DNA of 64,000 nucleotides from Candidatus Poribacteria bacterium (GTDB taxonomy: Bacteria > Poribacteria > WGA-4E > WGA-3G). The notes below the pieces were generated by a model that worked only from the letters and a program-made list of their open reading frames with translations, was not told the origin of the DNA and did not search any database. The DNA lies in NCBI GenBank assembly GCA_965242965.1, contig OZ251518.1:1536001-1600000 (forward strand). The letters run 5' to 3'. Below are positions 19,649 through 29,933 of this stretch, piece after piece; within the stretch, counting starts at the first letter, position 1; each line of letters opens with the position of its first letter. Both the position numbers and the translations under genes were made by a program.

Positions 19649-20974
19649 ATGAAACGCTTTTTCGCATATCCACTGTTAGGCGCGCTCAGCTTGTGCCTCA
19701 TGATAGGTGTTATCGCTAATAGCGGCGCGACTTCGGAGTCGGAAGAGGCGGCGCACCCGGCAGGGAAACGCATCGCTGTCCTCTACTTTGAGGACCACAC
19801 CAACTTCGATTCCTCCACAGGATGCGGCTGTATTCCCGGCTTCATCGGCAGAATCTTCGGCACCAAAAAGCGGTGGGACCTGGAATCTGGCTTCGTCACC
19901 ATACTCAACCGGAAACTCGCCGCAACCGGTGTCTATCGTCCGGTGAGTTGGGACGAATTGCTGGATGCTATGGCGCAGATGACGCTCTCGCGGGATACAC
20001 TGAGGAAACTGAGCACCGTCCAGCGGGCAAAACTTGCCCAACTGCTCAACGCCGATGTCCTCGTTACCGGTGATATCCGACATTTTAATCAGGAACGTTT
20101 GAGAGCCAATGCTTCACGCACACTGAGGGAAGGCGGACGACAAGCCAATCAAACCAGCGCGAGTTTCATGACTGGCTTTCAAGTCATGGGGCATCTACAC
20201 CGCGCCACTGTGAAATTGGACATGAACTTTTACGATAAATACGGCGAAAGCATCAAGGTTCACGATAAGAAGGAAAAGATAATGGTGTCACAACTCCGGA
20301 TTGTAGCAAGCCGGGACCACTCTCTCGCAGGGACAAGAGCCGCCGCCCTGGAAGCCAGTGTGACCGAACAAGGAACCAATCTCTCCTTTGGACAGACGCG
20401 GGCAACGCAACAAAAGTATCCAAACCCAATTGTGAACCCAACGAAACTCAACGAAATTCAGTTTGCTACCACGCAAAGAGATGTTGACGAAGAAAATCCT
20501 CACCATTACGATGAAACACTCCTCGGTATGGTGACGAACGAGGCATTAATCAAAGTCGTGCTCGCGCTCCGTGATAACGTCGGACCGAATTTCATCACGC
20601 CGTGGGAGACGCAAGCTGCAACTGACGAAGAGGATACGGAGCCATCGAAAACGGTATCGGCTGGCCCCATAAAAGGGAAAATCCAACACGTGGAGAACAA
20701 GGACATCTACGTCACTATCGGCTCTGCCCAGGGCATCGCTATCAACCAGCGGTTCGCTGTCTATACCAAAGGCAAACCGATTCGCGATATAGACACGGGT
20801 GAAATCCTGACATACGTGCCTCGCAAAATCGCTATTATCACTGTCGTTGACATCCAGACTGATAAAATCTCGGTTTTCCGCCTCGTTGAAGGAACCGATA
20901 CGCTGAAGCCAGGTGATGTCGTGCAGGAGATAACCGCCGAGGAAGAGGAATCGACACCACCTGAATCGCAATAA
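19649..20974 (+). CDS. Secreted CsgG/FlgT-like protein
   Basis: Signal peptide, RIAVLYFEDH...NADVLVTGDI (CsgG/TolB_N-like) and a C-terminal IYVTIGSAQGI...IRDIDTGEIL FlgT_C-like domain. Confidence 0.65.
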   Translation: MKRFFAYPLLGALSLCLMIGVIANSGATSESEEAAHPAGKRIAVLYFEDHTNFDSSTGCGCIPGFIGRIFGTKKRWDLESGFVTILNRKLAATGVYRPVSWDELLDAMAQMTLSRDTLRKLSTVQRAKLAQLLNADVLVTGDIRHFNQERLRANASRTLREGGRQANQTSASFMTGFQVMGHLHRATVKLDMNFYDKYGESIKVHDKKEKIMVSQLRIVASRDHSLAGTRAAALEASVTEQGTNLSFGQTRATQQKYPNPIVNPTKLNEIQFATTQRDVDEENPHHYDETLLGMVTNEALIKVVLALRDNVGPNFITPWETQAATDEEDTEPSKTVSAGPIKGKIQHVENKDIYVTIGSAQGIAINQRFAVYTKGKPIRDIDTGEILTYVPRKIAIITVVDIQTDKISVFRLVEGTDTLKPGDVVQEITAEEEESTPPESQ

Positions 20975-20984
20975 GGAGGACACT

Positions 20985-22037
20985 ATGAACCGCACATTCA
21001 TCGTTTTATTTCTCACGTGTTGCGCCGTGCTTTGGGGATGCGCAGACCCTTCCGCACCCAAAAAGAGCGAACAGGCGACTACGACTCCCGCCAAGAAGAT
21101 TAAAATCGGGCTCTCCATGGATTCACTGCGAGTGGAACGGTGGCAGAAGGACCGGGACATTTTCAAGGCGGAAGCGGAAAAACTCGGCGCGGAAGTTATC
21201 GTGCAATCCGCTGATGGCGACGAACGACGACAGAACGAACAGGCAGAAAACATGATTACGCAAGGCGTAGATGTCCTCGTCGTCATCCCGAAGGATAGCG
21301 TTGCCGCCGCCCAAATTGTCCAAGCGGCGCACGCTGAAGGAATAAAAGTCCTTGCCTACGACAGACTCATTCGTGAGAGTGAACCAGACCTCTACATCTC
21401 TTTTGATAACGAGCAGGTGGGCTATTTGCAGGCGGAATACCTCCTCCGCCAAAAGCCAAACGGGGATTATTTCCTACTCGGCGGGGCACCGACAGATAAC
21501 AACGCGCAACTCCTCCGCAAGGGACAACGCCGCGCCTTGCAAGGGGCTATTGATGCAGGCGACATTCGGTTGGTGGCGGACGGGAAACACTGGGCAGTCA
21601 ACTGGGATGCGCGCGATGCACTGAAGAAGACAGAGCAGGTACTGACGCAGACGAACAATCGCATCGATGCCGTTGTCGCATCCAACGATGGCACGGCTGG
21701 CGGCGTTATCCAAGCCTTGGAAGGACAGAACCTCGCCGGGAGAGTGCTGGTATCAGGGCAAGATGCAGAGTTGTCCGCGTGCCAACGGATTGTCAAAGGC
21801 ACGCAAACGATGACTGTCTACAAGCCGATTCACCTCATCGCAACGAAAGCGGCGCAAGCCGCTGTCGCACTCGCAAAGGGAGAACAGATCTCGGAAGCCA
21901 CTCAGACTGTCAACAACGGAAAAGTTGATGTGCCATCGATTTTGCTCACCCCCATTCAGGTGGACAAAGCGAACCTTGATGAGATTGTCATCAAAGACGG
22001 TTTCCACTCGCGCGAGGCGGTTTATCAGACAGAATAA
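20985..22037 (+). CDS. xylF: D-xylose-type ABC substrate-binding lipoprotein
   Basis: IGLSMDSLRVERWQKDRDIF, AYDRLI, ISFDNEQVG, GGAPTDNNA, SNDGTAGG, SGQDA and TMTVYKP. Confidence 0.88.
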   Translation: MNRTFIVLFLTCCAVLWGCADPSAPKKSEQATTTPAKKIKIGLSMDSLRVERWQKDRDIFKAEAEKLGAEVIVQSADGDERRQNEQAENMITQGVDVLVVIPKDSVAAAQIVQAAHAEGIKVLAYDRLIRESEPDLYISFDNEQVGYLQAEYLLRQKPNGDYFLLGGAPTDNNAQLLRKGQRRALQGAIDAGDIRLVADGKHWAVNWDARDALKKTEQVLTQTNNRIDAVVASNDGTAGGVIQALEGQNLAGRVLVSGQDAELSACQRIVKGTQTMTVYKPIHLIATKAAQAAVALAKGEQISEATQTVNNGKVDVPSILLTPIQVDKANLDEIVIKDGFHSREAVYQTE

Positions 22038-22057
22038 GTGGGCGGTTCATCAGCACC

Positions 22058-22270
22058 CGTAGGGCGCGGGCCTGTCCCGCGCCATCGTGCAACTCTCAAA
22101 AGAATCGTAGGGCGCGGGCCTGTCCCGCGCCATCATGCAATTCTGGTCAGCATTCGAGACCGGGAGGTCTCTCCTACTGTTCGTCAGCACCCGTAGGGCG
22201 CGGGCCTGTCCTGCGCCATCGTCCAACTCTCAAAAGAATCGTAAGGCGTGGGCCTGTCCCCCGCCATCGT
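22058..22270 (+). repeat. Tandem REP-like units (4x GTAGGGCGCGGGCCTGTCCCGCGCCATC variants)
   Basis: Direct copies with one inverted GAGACC unit between them. Confidence 0.9.
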
Positions 22271-22289
22271 CCAACACTCGGAAAAATAA

Positions 22290-23453
22290 ATGCCCATTTT
22301 TCTTTTCGGCATAGATTCAGGCGGCATTGGCATCGCCGACCGGATTAGCTGGATGTGGGGCTCCGATGCGTATCAGAGTCTCCTCGTCATCGCGTGCCTC
22401 GCCGCTGGCGGGTGGCTCATCCGATACGCCGCTCGGCGTGAATACTGGCGGAACGCGGCAAGACAAATCCGCAGCAACCGTCTCGCGCTCGTCTGCCTCG
22501 GTATTCTCACCCTCTATGTGCTGATTGGCGTGTTGGATAGTATCATCTGGCGCGACCCGGTTGTCGGCAAAGATGGCACGCTGACACGAAACGAAAGCGG
22601 CAGCGTCGTTTACAGACCGCGGGGGTTGAGCATTTTGGACAGACTCTGCACACCGCTTCGGGAAAGGACAGAGAGAACCTATTCTGCCCCTTTCGCCACG
22701 CATCTGTATGCGAAAAGCACCTCACCGGAAACCGGCAGACGGGAATATCCATCGCTGAACCATCCCCGAAGCCATTGGCTTGGCACGGACAAAGTCGGAA
22801 ACGATGTCCTCTATCGCGCGCTGAAAGGCATCCGCACCGGGCTAATTATCGGCGGATTTACGACGCTGATCGCCGTGCCGTTTGCGATTTTATTCGGTGT
22901 CGCCGCCGGTTACTTCGGCGGCTGGGTAGACGATGGCGTGCAATACCTCTACTCAACGCTCGCCTCTATTCCCAGTATCCTGCTCATCGTCGCCTTCATG
23001 TTGATATTCGGACAAGGACTCTTCAACCTCTGTCTCATCATGGGGATTAGCAGTTGGACAGGTTTGTGCCGCATCTTGCGCGGCGAGACGTTGAAACTCC
23101 GTGAATTGGAATATGTCCAAGCCGCCGAGGCGTTCGGTGTCAACCGCGCTGCGATTATCCTGAAGCATCTCATTCCCAACCTGATGCACATCGTGCTTAT
23201 CTCCGCCATTTTGCGATTTAGCAGCTTGGTGCTGACAGAGGCACTGCTGAGTTATCTCCAAATCGGTGTGGAACCGACGACAGGGAGTTGGGGTAATATG
23301 ATTAACACAGCGCGTTTGGAACTCGCCCGCGACCCGATTGTGTGGTGGAATTTAGCGGCGGCGTTCACGTTTATGTTTGGATTAGTGTTGCCCGCGAATC
23401 TATTTGGCGATGCTGTCCGTGATGCCTTGGACCCGAGACTGCGGACAGAGTAA
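22290..23453 (+). CDS. Peptide ABC permease (OppC/DppC-like)
   Basis: HWLGTDKVGNDV, EYVQAAEAFG, HLIPN and GDAVRDALDPR. Confidence 0.9.
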   Translation: MPIFLFGIDSGGIGIADRISWMWGSDAYQSLLVIACLAAGGWLIRYAARREYWRNAARQIRSNRLALVCLGILTLYVLIGVLDSIIWRDPVVGKDGTLTRNESGSVVYRPRGLSILDRLCTPLRERTERTYSAPFATHLYAKSTSPETGRREYPSLNHPRSHWLGTDKVGNDVLYRALKGIRTGLIIGGFTTLIAVPFAILFGVAAGYFGGWVDDGVQYLYSTLASIPSILLIVAFMLIFGQGLFNLCLIMGISSWTGLCRILRGETLKLRELEYVQAAEAFGVNRAAIILKHLIPNLMHIVLISAILRFSSLVLTEALLSYLQIGVEPTTGSWGNMINTARLELARDPIVWWNLAAAFTFMFGLVLPANLFGDAVRDALDPRLRTE

Positions 23454-23466
23454 TCCTCAATTCAAT

Positions 23467-23945
23467 GAGGGTGTTTCATAACTCGCTCAACGTCGCGGTG
23501 ACAGTCCCCCGCGCTGCGGTGAAAAATGGGGAATTGCCGGTAGGAGAGACCTCCTAGTCTCGATTTCTTCCGGTAGGAGAGACCTCGGGTCTCGATGTTC
23601 CCGTAGCGCGGGGGCCTGTCCCCCGCGAGCGTTGGGCCCCATTCTGTAGGTCAAGATCGCCTGATCTTGACCCGTTCGGGATCAGGCGATCCCGAACTAC
23701 TTTTATAGGGTCCGGGCATGGCGAGGGACAGGCCCCCGCCCTACGGTGAGGGGGACTGTTTTTTCCCGTAGCGCGGGGGCCTGTCCCCGAGATCGCAGCA
23801 TGGCGAGGGACAGGCCCTCGCCCTACGATGAAGGGGGACCTTCTAGTGCCGCGGCCCGGTAGGCGCGCCGCCCTATTGCATCGAGACCGGGAGGTCTCGC
23901 CTACGGGGACATCGCTCGCATCGAGACCGGGAGGTCTCTCCTACC
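23467..23945. repeat. Left TIR followed by a long REP mosaic
   Basis: GAGGGTGTTTCATAACTC at 23467 followed by about 10 hairpin modules. Confidence 0.88.
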
Positions 23946-24011
23946 GGGGAAACGGAATCGTTCGGGATTTCGCTAAACCATTTTTACAAAACGTTGATAG
24001 GAGGCGGAGAA

Positions 24012-24542
24012 GTGATTGGGAAAAACGTTGTCATAGCGGTGCTGCTTTCTTGTCTAATGCTGGCAGTCGTGCTAATCGGTTGCGGTGAAGATGCCGATGA
24101 ACCGTCTGCGGAAGACCTGGTCGGCACATGGGAACCCGTTGTGCATAGTGACGAAACGCCGAACGACGCGGTCCAGTTGACTGAGGTTGTTTTTGGTGCC
24201 GATAGCGCATTGTTCTGGAAAGTCCACGTGAAAGGGGAAGAGGATGGCATTGCTTTCAAGATTGATGTGACGATGAAAGGCACTTATGTTGTGTCGGGCT
24301 TGAGTTTGACATTCGTGGGTAAATCTGTGGAGACAAAAGCGGATTTTACTTTCCCACCGCCAGCTGAAGAAATTGAATCCGAAGTGCTTATTGGGCTTAC
24401 TAGAGAGTTGTCCAATCAGGCGAGGACAGATCTTGAACAAGACTTTGAATCAGAAAACTGGAATGGCACATGGCGTTTGGCAGGAGACATCCTCACCTTA
24501 ACTCGCGATGATGGCACCGAGATTGTCTTGAGAAGAAAATAA
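24012..24542 (+). CDS. Lipoprotein, lipocalin-like beta barrel
   Basis: AGGAGG RBS with GTG start, lipobox LIGC, LVGTWE and GTWRLAGDILTLT. Confidence 0.75.
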   Translation: MIGKNVVIAVLLSCLMLAVVLIGCGEDADEPSAEDLVGTWEPVVHSDETPNDAVQLTEVVFGADSALFWKVHVKGEEDGIAFKIDVTMKGTYVVSGLSLTFVGKSVETKADFTFPPPAEEIESEVLIGLTRELSNQARTDLEQDFESENWNGTWRLAGDILTLTRDDGTEIVLRRK

Positions 24543-24636
24543 ATTGGCTCTCGGCGGTGGTTAAAAACGAACAACGGGCATCGCTGCCCGTTGTCCACCG
24601 TCGCCCTCGCCCCACGGGAAAAAACGGCACTTCCCC

Positions 24637-24926
24637 GTAGGGCGAGGGCCCTCGGATGCCACACGCGCATCCGAGCGGGTTCCCCTCGCCATCGTCCGCG
24701 CGCCAGGCCCTGTAGGTCAGAATCGCCTGATCCTGACCCGTTCGGGAGCGGGCGCTCCCGAACTACAGAGATGGGCCCGATGCCTGCCGGTATTCGCCCG
24801 CCTTCCAAGGCGGGATAACTACCGAAACGGAGTTATGAAACACCCTCAAATAACGTAGTGCGGGGGCCTGTCCCCCGCATGCCTCAACTGTTCCGAATAG
24901 CGTAGTGCGGGGGCCTGTCCCCCGCA
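24637..24926. repeat. REP mosaic with right TIR ending at 24847
   Basis: TATGAAACACCCTC plus GTAGTGCGGGGGCCTGTCCCCCGCA units. Confidence 0.88.
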
Positions 24927-24943
24927 GGGCCCAGAATCAGTCT

Positions 24944-25399
24944 TTACTCGTATTCCTTGAGGAACCCGACAAACTCGCGCCGGTGCTTTTCCTCATCGGC
25001 GAGGAGCCGGATGCAGAGGTCTTGCGTGACGTAGTCAATGCCATCGCACAACCGAATAATTTTGTTATACTGATCGATTGCGAGGTTTTCGGCTTTGATA
25101 ACACCGTGGATAGTCGTCACAAGATCGGTGGAATCTTCCGGCGGCTGAAGCGATGCCTGTTCCGGTTTAAAGGCGAACGAGCCCGGAACCCGACCGCCGA
25201 GCTCCTTCACACGATTTGCCAACTCCTGGGCATGCGTTAATTCCACTTGGATGTCTGTCGCGAGAGATTTTTTGATCTCCTCGGCGCGAATGCCATCCAA
25301 ATCGACAGAAATCGCCAAGTAGTTAATCGTGGCTTCCAACTCTAGCCAATAAGCACACGTTAACTCTTTGATGATAATGTCCGTTTTTTCCTGAGTCAT
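24944..25399 (-). CDS. Ferritin/DPS-like four-helix-bundle protein
   Basis: ELEATINY, ELTHAQELANRVKELGG, AENLAIDQY and DEEKH di-iron ExxH motifs. Start at MTQEK. Confidence 0.88.
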   Translation of the reverse strand: MTQEKTDIIIKELTCAYWLELEATINYLAISVDLDGIRAEEIKKSLATDIQVELTHAQELANRVKELGGRVPGSFAFKPEQASLQPPEDSTDLVTTIHGVIKAENLAIDQYNKIIRLCDGIDYVTQDLCIRLLADEEKHRREFVGFLKEYE

Positions 25400-25424
25400 G
25401 ATGTATCTCCTCTTGTAGGTTAAT

Positions 25425-25710
25425 GAGGGTGTTTCATCTGCCATCGTCCCGATGTGTGTTTCCCCTTCTGTAGTTTGTGATCGCCTGATCACAAACGGGT
25501 CAGGATCAGGCGATCCTGAACTACAGAGTCTGGCGCGCGGACGCTGGCGAGGGCCTGTCCCTCGCCCTACGGGGAAGTGCCGTTTTTTCCGTAGCGCGGG
25601 GGCCTGTCCCCCGCGATCGTTGGATTGCGCGGACGATATTGAGACAGGGAGGGCTCTCCTACTGCATTGAGATAGGGAGGACTCTCCTAACAGATTTATG
25701 AAACATCCTC
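25425..25710. mobile_element. MITE-like element with perfect 8-bp TSD AGGTTAAT
   Basis: GAGGGTGTTTCAT...ATGAAACATCCTC. AGGTTAAT at 25417-25424 and 25711-25718. Confidence 0.9.
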
Positions 25711-25814
25711 AGGTTAATAAACTTCAATTTCAATACGTTTAATAGTATACCACAAGTGGAGACGAATTTCAAGTTTTTTTGCATTTTAATCGTTTTTTCT
25801 CCGTTTTTCTCCAT

Positions 25815-26582
25815 CTAATGCGCTAAACTTGGCATCACCCACGGATATCCACCCGGATGTGACAAAACCTCAAACGGAATGCCGTAGACTTCTGATAACT
25901 GCTCCAGCGTTAGCACGTCCCTCGGTGAGCCACATGCAACCGGCTCTCCGTCTTTTAGCATCAGCAGCCGGTCTGCATACATTGAGGCGAGATTCAAATC
26001 GTGGATGGCGGTGATAACCGTTTTCCGCTGACGACAGAGAGTTTTGCACAAGTTGAGGATCTGCACGTGATGCCTCGGGTCGAGATGGTTTGTCGGTTCA
26101 TCTAATAAAAAGAGTTCCGGTGTCTGCGCGAGGATCCTTGCAATGTCAACACGACTTGCCTCGCCGCCGGATAATGTCGGATAGAGCCGTTCCGCGAAGA
26201 TGTCCGCCTCAACCTTTCGCAGTGCTTCTTGCACAATGTGCAGGTCGCGAGCTGTCTCCTTTGCTCCGTTCAGATACGGATACCTCCCGAACAGCACGAT
26301 TTCCATGCTGGTAAACGGAAAGTTCACATCGCGTTTTTGTTGCAGGTAAGCGCGAAGGCGCGCGAACTCGCGCGGTTCATAGGTGTCAATCGGTTTCCCG
26401 AACAAGCGAATATTCCCTGTCGTGGGAGTGAGTTCGCCTGAAATCAGACGCAGCAGGGTGGATTTCCCGGCACCGTTAGGTCCGACAAGACACCACAAAG
26501 TGCCTGCTTCAATGGTGAGGGTGATGTCCCGGACGAGCCAGTTTCCACCAATTCGGTAACCGACTTGGTTTAATTCAATCAT
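25815..26582 (-). CDS. hmuV: Heme ABC transporter ATP-binding protein
   Basis: GPNGAGKSTLL, LSGGE, LLDEPTNHLD and HDLNLA, in hmu context. Confidence 0.9.
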   Translation of the reverse strand: MIELNQVGYRIGGNWLVRDITLTIEAGTLWCLVGPNGAGKSTLLRLISGELTPTTGNIRLFGKPIDTYEPREFARLRAYLQQKRDVNFPFTSMEIVLFGRYPYLNGAKETARDLHIVQEALRKVEADIFAERLYPTLSGGEASRVDIARILAQTPELFLLDEPTNHLDPRHHVQILNLCKTLCRQRKTVITAIHDLNLASMYADRLLMLKDGEPVACGSPRDVLTLEQLSEVYGIPFEVLSHPGGYPWVMPSLAH

Positions 26583-26616
26583 ATTGTCCTCTGAATTTTT
26601 CGGTAAGTAGTTTGAT

Positions 26617-26995
26617 GAGGGTGTTTCATAAATCCCTCGCCATGTGTTTTGCTGTCAGACTTCATCACCCCTGTAGGGCAAGATCAGACGATCTCGACCT
26701 GTTCGGGTGCAGGCGCACCCGAACTACAGAGGTCTGCCCGGTGCCTGCCGGTAGGCGGGACATCCTTGTCCCGATACGGTGGGCATCGAGACCGGGAGGT
26801 CTCTCCTACCGGGGACAAGGAAAGGTGCACCCGAACTACAGAGGTCTGCCCGGTGCCTGCCGGTAGGCGGGACATCCTTGTCCCGATACGGTGGGCATCA
26901 AGACCAGGAGGGCTCTCCTACCGGGGACATCGCTTGCATCGAGAACGGGACAGCGCGCCGACTGGAAGCAATCGAGACCGGGAGGTCTCTCCTAC
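26617..26995. repeat. Left TIR plus REP mosaic with internal ~110-bp tandem duplication
   Basis: 2x GCACCCGAACTACAGAGGTCTGCCCGGTGCCTGCCGGTAGGCGGGACATCCTTGTCCCG... Confidence 0.88.
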
Positions 26996-27035
26996 CGGGG
27001 AGGAGGAAAACTGAATCGTTCTGGAGATATTCCTC

Positions 27036-28031
27036 CTACAGAAAGACTTCGCGTTTAAATCGAAGCAGCAGCCATAGAAAAAACGGTCCGCCGATGAGCG
27101 CAGTCACGACACCGACAGGCAATTCGGCAGGCACGACAACGGTTCGGGAGAACAGATCCGCGAGGACTAGCAGTATCGCGCCGCCCACGGCTGAGCCCGG
27201 TAGAACATACCGATGGTCTGCCCCACCTATCAGTCGTATGAGATGCGGCACAACGAGCCCGACGAAGCCAATGCCGCCCGCGGCCGATACCGCTGCGCCT
27301 ACCATCAGCGCGACACCGAAGATTGCCCACCGTTTCAAAGAGTCCGTTGAAACACCGAGGTGGTATGCCTCGGATTCGCCTAGACTCATCGCATTCAACG
27401 CGGCCGCGAGGCGTAGTAGCACAAACATCCCTATAACCGCTATCGGCAGTGTGATGAAAACGACAGGCCACGTCGCGCCGCCAAAGCCGCCGAGCAGCCA
27501 GAAGGTGAGACTGCGCAGCTGCTCATCATCGGCAAGGAATGTCATCACGCCTATACCTGCGCCTGCGAAACTGTTGAGTGCGATACCTGCCAGGAGCAAC
27601 GTCACCGTGCTAACGCTACCCTGTGATTCCGCAATTTTCCAGACACCGATAGTGACGAGCATCCCACACACGAAGGCGGCGAGAGGTAACCCCCACACCC
27701 CTAATGCCCCACTGCCTATTAACACAATCCATAGCGTCGCCCCGAGGCCCGCGCCCGCTGTCACGCCTATTAAACCCGGGTCTGCCAGCGGGTTTCGGAA
27801 GATGCCTTGTAGCGTTGCCCCCGAAATCGCCAACATCGCGCCGACAACGGCAGACAAGACGACGCGCGGAAACCGGACATAAATGAGCACGGCGAAACCA
27901 TCTTCCCTGAAAAGAAGAACTTGTGGAATTCGCCATGGCAGAATCTGATACGCACCTACCCCCGCGGCGATGCTGATGGAGAGGGGTAGTAAACCGCTCA
28001 GGATAAAAAGAATCTTTGCACGTTTTTGCAT
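27036..28031 (-). CDS. hmuU: Heme ABC permease (FecCD family)
   Basis: RFPRV, FRNPLADPGLIG, IGFVGLVVPH and ELPVGVVTALIGGPFF. Confidence 0.92.
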   Translation of the reverse strand: MQKRAKILFILSGLLPLSISIAAGVGAYQILPWRIPQVLLFREDGFAVLIYVRFPRVVLSAVVGAMLAISGATLQGIFRNPLADPGLIGVTAGAGLGATLWIVLIGSGALGVWGLPLAAFVCGMLVTIGVWKIAESQGSVSTVTLLLAGIALNSFAGAGIGVMTFLADDEQLRSLTFWLLGGFGGATWPVVFITLPIAVIGMFVLLRLAAALNAMSLGESEAYHLGVSTDSLKRWAIFGVALMVGAAVSAAGGIGFVGLVVPHLIRLIGGADHRYVLPGSAVGGAILLVLADLFSRTVVVPAELPVGVVTALIGGPFFLWLLLRFKREVFL

Positions 28032-28079
28032 GGAGAAAGATGTTGGGCTCAGACTAGCCCAACCTACCCTACCTAAGGG

Positions 28080-29048
28080 TTATTCGCCTGTCGCCTCGAA
28101 ATGTCCATCAGCCTCATAGATGCCGTGGAACAAATCCAGAGCCGCACGGCCGCAGCGAGGACCGAATCCGGATAAATACTGTCCACTCATCGTCACGATG
28201 CGTCGGTTGCGTCCAGCCGGTGTGTGCGCCAAACCCGGCAATTTAAGCAGTCCGTCTACGCCGCCGAGCGACTCCAGTCCCGTTGTAAATAGCACATAGA
28301 CATCGGGTTGCGCCGTAATCACTGCCTCCGCAGTCATCGATTTACTGCCTTTGATGTCACCCGCGGCGTTTTCTGCGCCAACAATTTCAAGCATCGCACC
28401 TGGCGCGGAATCTTTGCCGAGCACAAAGGCGGTTTGCGGGCCTCGCAGATAGAGAAATAGCACCTTCTGTCCTGTCCAATCTGCCCGAGCAGCCTTGAGT
28501 TTTTCCTCCAATTTTTCGATGTCCGCGTCTAAAGCAGTTATTAATTCTGCAGCCTGTTTTTGGCATCCGACTGCTGCGCCGATGGTGCGCAAGCGTTGCT
28601 TGGCTGCTTCAAAACTTCGCGGCTCTTTCAGTAGTAGGACGGTTACACCCGCCATGCGAAGTTGTTCGATGACTTGCGGCGGTTTCACGTCATCTCTTCC
28701 GATAACGAGCGTCGGTTTCAAGGAGAGAATGCCTTCCACGTTGAGCCGATACTGATACCCGACACTCGGCAGTTTCTCTCTGACATTTTTAGGATAGGTT
28801 GACGAAGCATCACAGCCGACAACGTTCTCACCGACACCCAGCGCGAACAGGATTTCGGTGGTGCTGCCGTTCAGACTCACGATACGTTCCGATGACGTGA
28901 TAACGATGCTTTCGCCTGCGGCATCAGTCACCGTCGTCGCCATTGCCTGAAGCGGGATTAACAGGATTGACAAGAGGGACAGGATAAGCGGGAACCCTGC
29001 TGTCCCGGAACGCTTTTGATGTGCGGCGAAAGAAGTATGCCTTTTCAT
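28080..29048 (-). CDS. hmuT: Heme ABC periplasmic binding protein
   Basis: RIVSLNGSTTEI, VGYQYRLNVEGILSLKP, TPAGRN and GFGPR. Confidence 0.9.
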   Translation of the reverse strand: MKRHTSFAAHQKRSGTAGFPLILSLLSILLIPLQAMATTVTDAAGESIVITSSERIVSLNGSTTEILFALGVGENVVGCDASSTYPKNVREKLPSVGYQYRLNVEGILSLKPTLVIGRDDVKPPQVIEQLRMAGVTVLLLKEPRSFEAAKQRLRTIGAAVGCQKQAAELITALDADIEKLEEKLKAARADWTGQKVLFLYLRGPQTAFVLGKDSAPGAMLEIVGAENAAGDIKGSKSMTAEAVITAQPDVYVLFTTGLESLGGVDGLLKLPGLAHTPAGRNRRIVTMSGQYLSGFGPRCGRAALDLFHGIYEADGHFEATGE

Positions 29049-29145
29049 TTTTCACTCCTCAGGAGATGAGTCGTCGGGCACAGAGCAGATTGAAAATAAG
29101 GAGATTCTGATGCGTCCTGCCCCATGCCCAACGATTCATTCAGCG

Positions 29146-29808
29146 TTAAAACCTAGGACTTCCATCCGGCTGATGGACGTATTCAAACGTCACGAAGCCG
29201 CTGTCCTGCTTGTTCTCATTATCCTTGTAATATCCGACGAAGCGGAGTTTGGCGAACGTTCCATCCGCCGCCTTCACAACAAACACCCTGTCTTCCAAGG
29301 GTAAAATCCAGTGTGTCGGCGGGCCCGTGTAGAGATACCATCCCTTCTCGCTTTGCGGCACGATGGCGAGCGTATCGGCAGTGTCAGCGACGTAACCGTC
29401 TGCCGGTGCAGTCGCGACTGCCGCGAACGTCGTCTCGGTAAGCATCACAACGCTGCCCGCGCCGGGGCCGCTGATGCCGCCGTTAAGTTTGACCTGGGTT
29501 CGCTGGAAGCCGATGTCCCACGCCTCCGACGTGGCGGCATCTTCAACGTCCACAACATCACCGGTAGCAAAGGCGAAGTATGTCCACGCCTCCCTATTCG
29601 TTGCGTCAATTGTGAACGTCACCGCTTCCAGCATCTCAATGGGTTCCGCAAGCGGTTCTTCTGCCTCTGTGGTAACCGTCTCGGTAGTTCCCGGTTCCGC
29701 GAGGAGGTGTTCAAGGGTTTCCTCATCAGCCGAGTTGCAACCGAAAAGGATGCACAACCCCAACCCGATGAGAACCTGCCAGTTAACAAAACCTCTGACT
29801 TTTTCCAT
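29146..29808 (-). CDS. HmuY-like heme-binding lipoprotein
   Basis: Lipobox LFGC, WTYFAF, WDIGFQR, NGGISGPG, GWYLY and FAKLRFVGYY. Confidence 0.85.
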   Translation of the reverse strand: MEKVRGFVNWQVLIGLGLCILFGCNSADEETLEHLLAEPGTTETVTTEAEEPLAEPIEMLEAVTFTIDATNREAWTYFAFATGDVVDVEDAATSEAWDIGFQRTQVKLNGGISGPGAGSVVMLTETTFAAVATAPADGYVADTADTLAIVPQSEKGWYLYTGPPTHWILPLEDRVFVVKAADGTFAKLRFVGYYKDNENKQDSGFVTFEYVHQPDGSPRF

Positions 29809-29933
29809 CGTAATTCTCCTTATGATGAGCGGCGCGGTTTGGAACCTCGCCGCTCTGTAGCGAATGCGCGCTTGGAGAGCGCGCCTGCAGGAAATAGAGG
29901 ACGCGCGCGATGCCGCGCCCTACAACGTGCGAA

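Noticed and set aside
23467-25710. Integron cassette array with hairpins as attC sites
   Set aside because: No RYYYAAC...GTTRRRY core sites and no integrase. The flanked genes are ordinary chromosomal genes.
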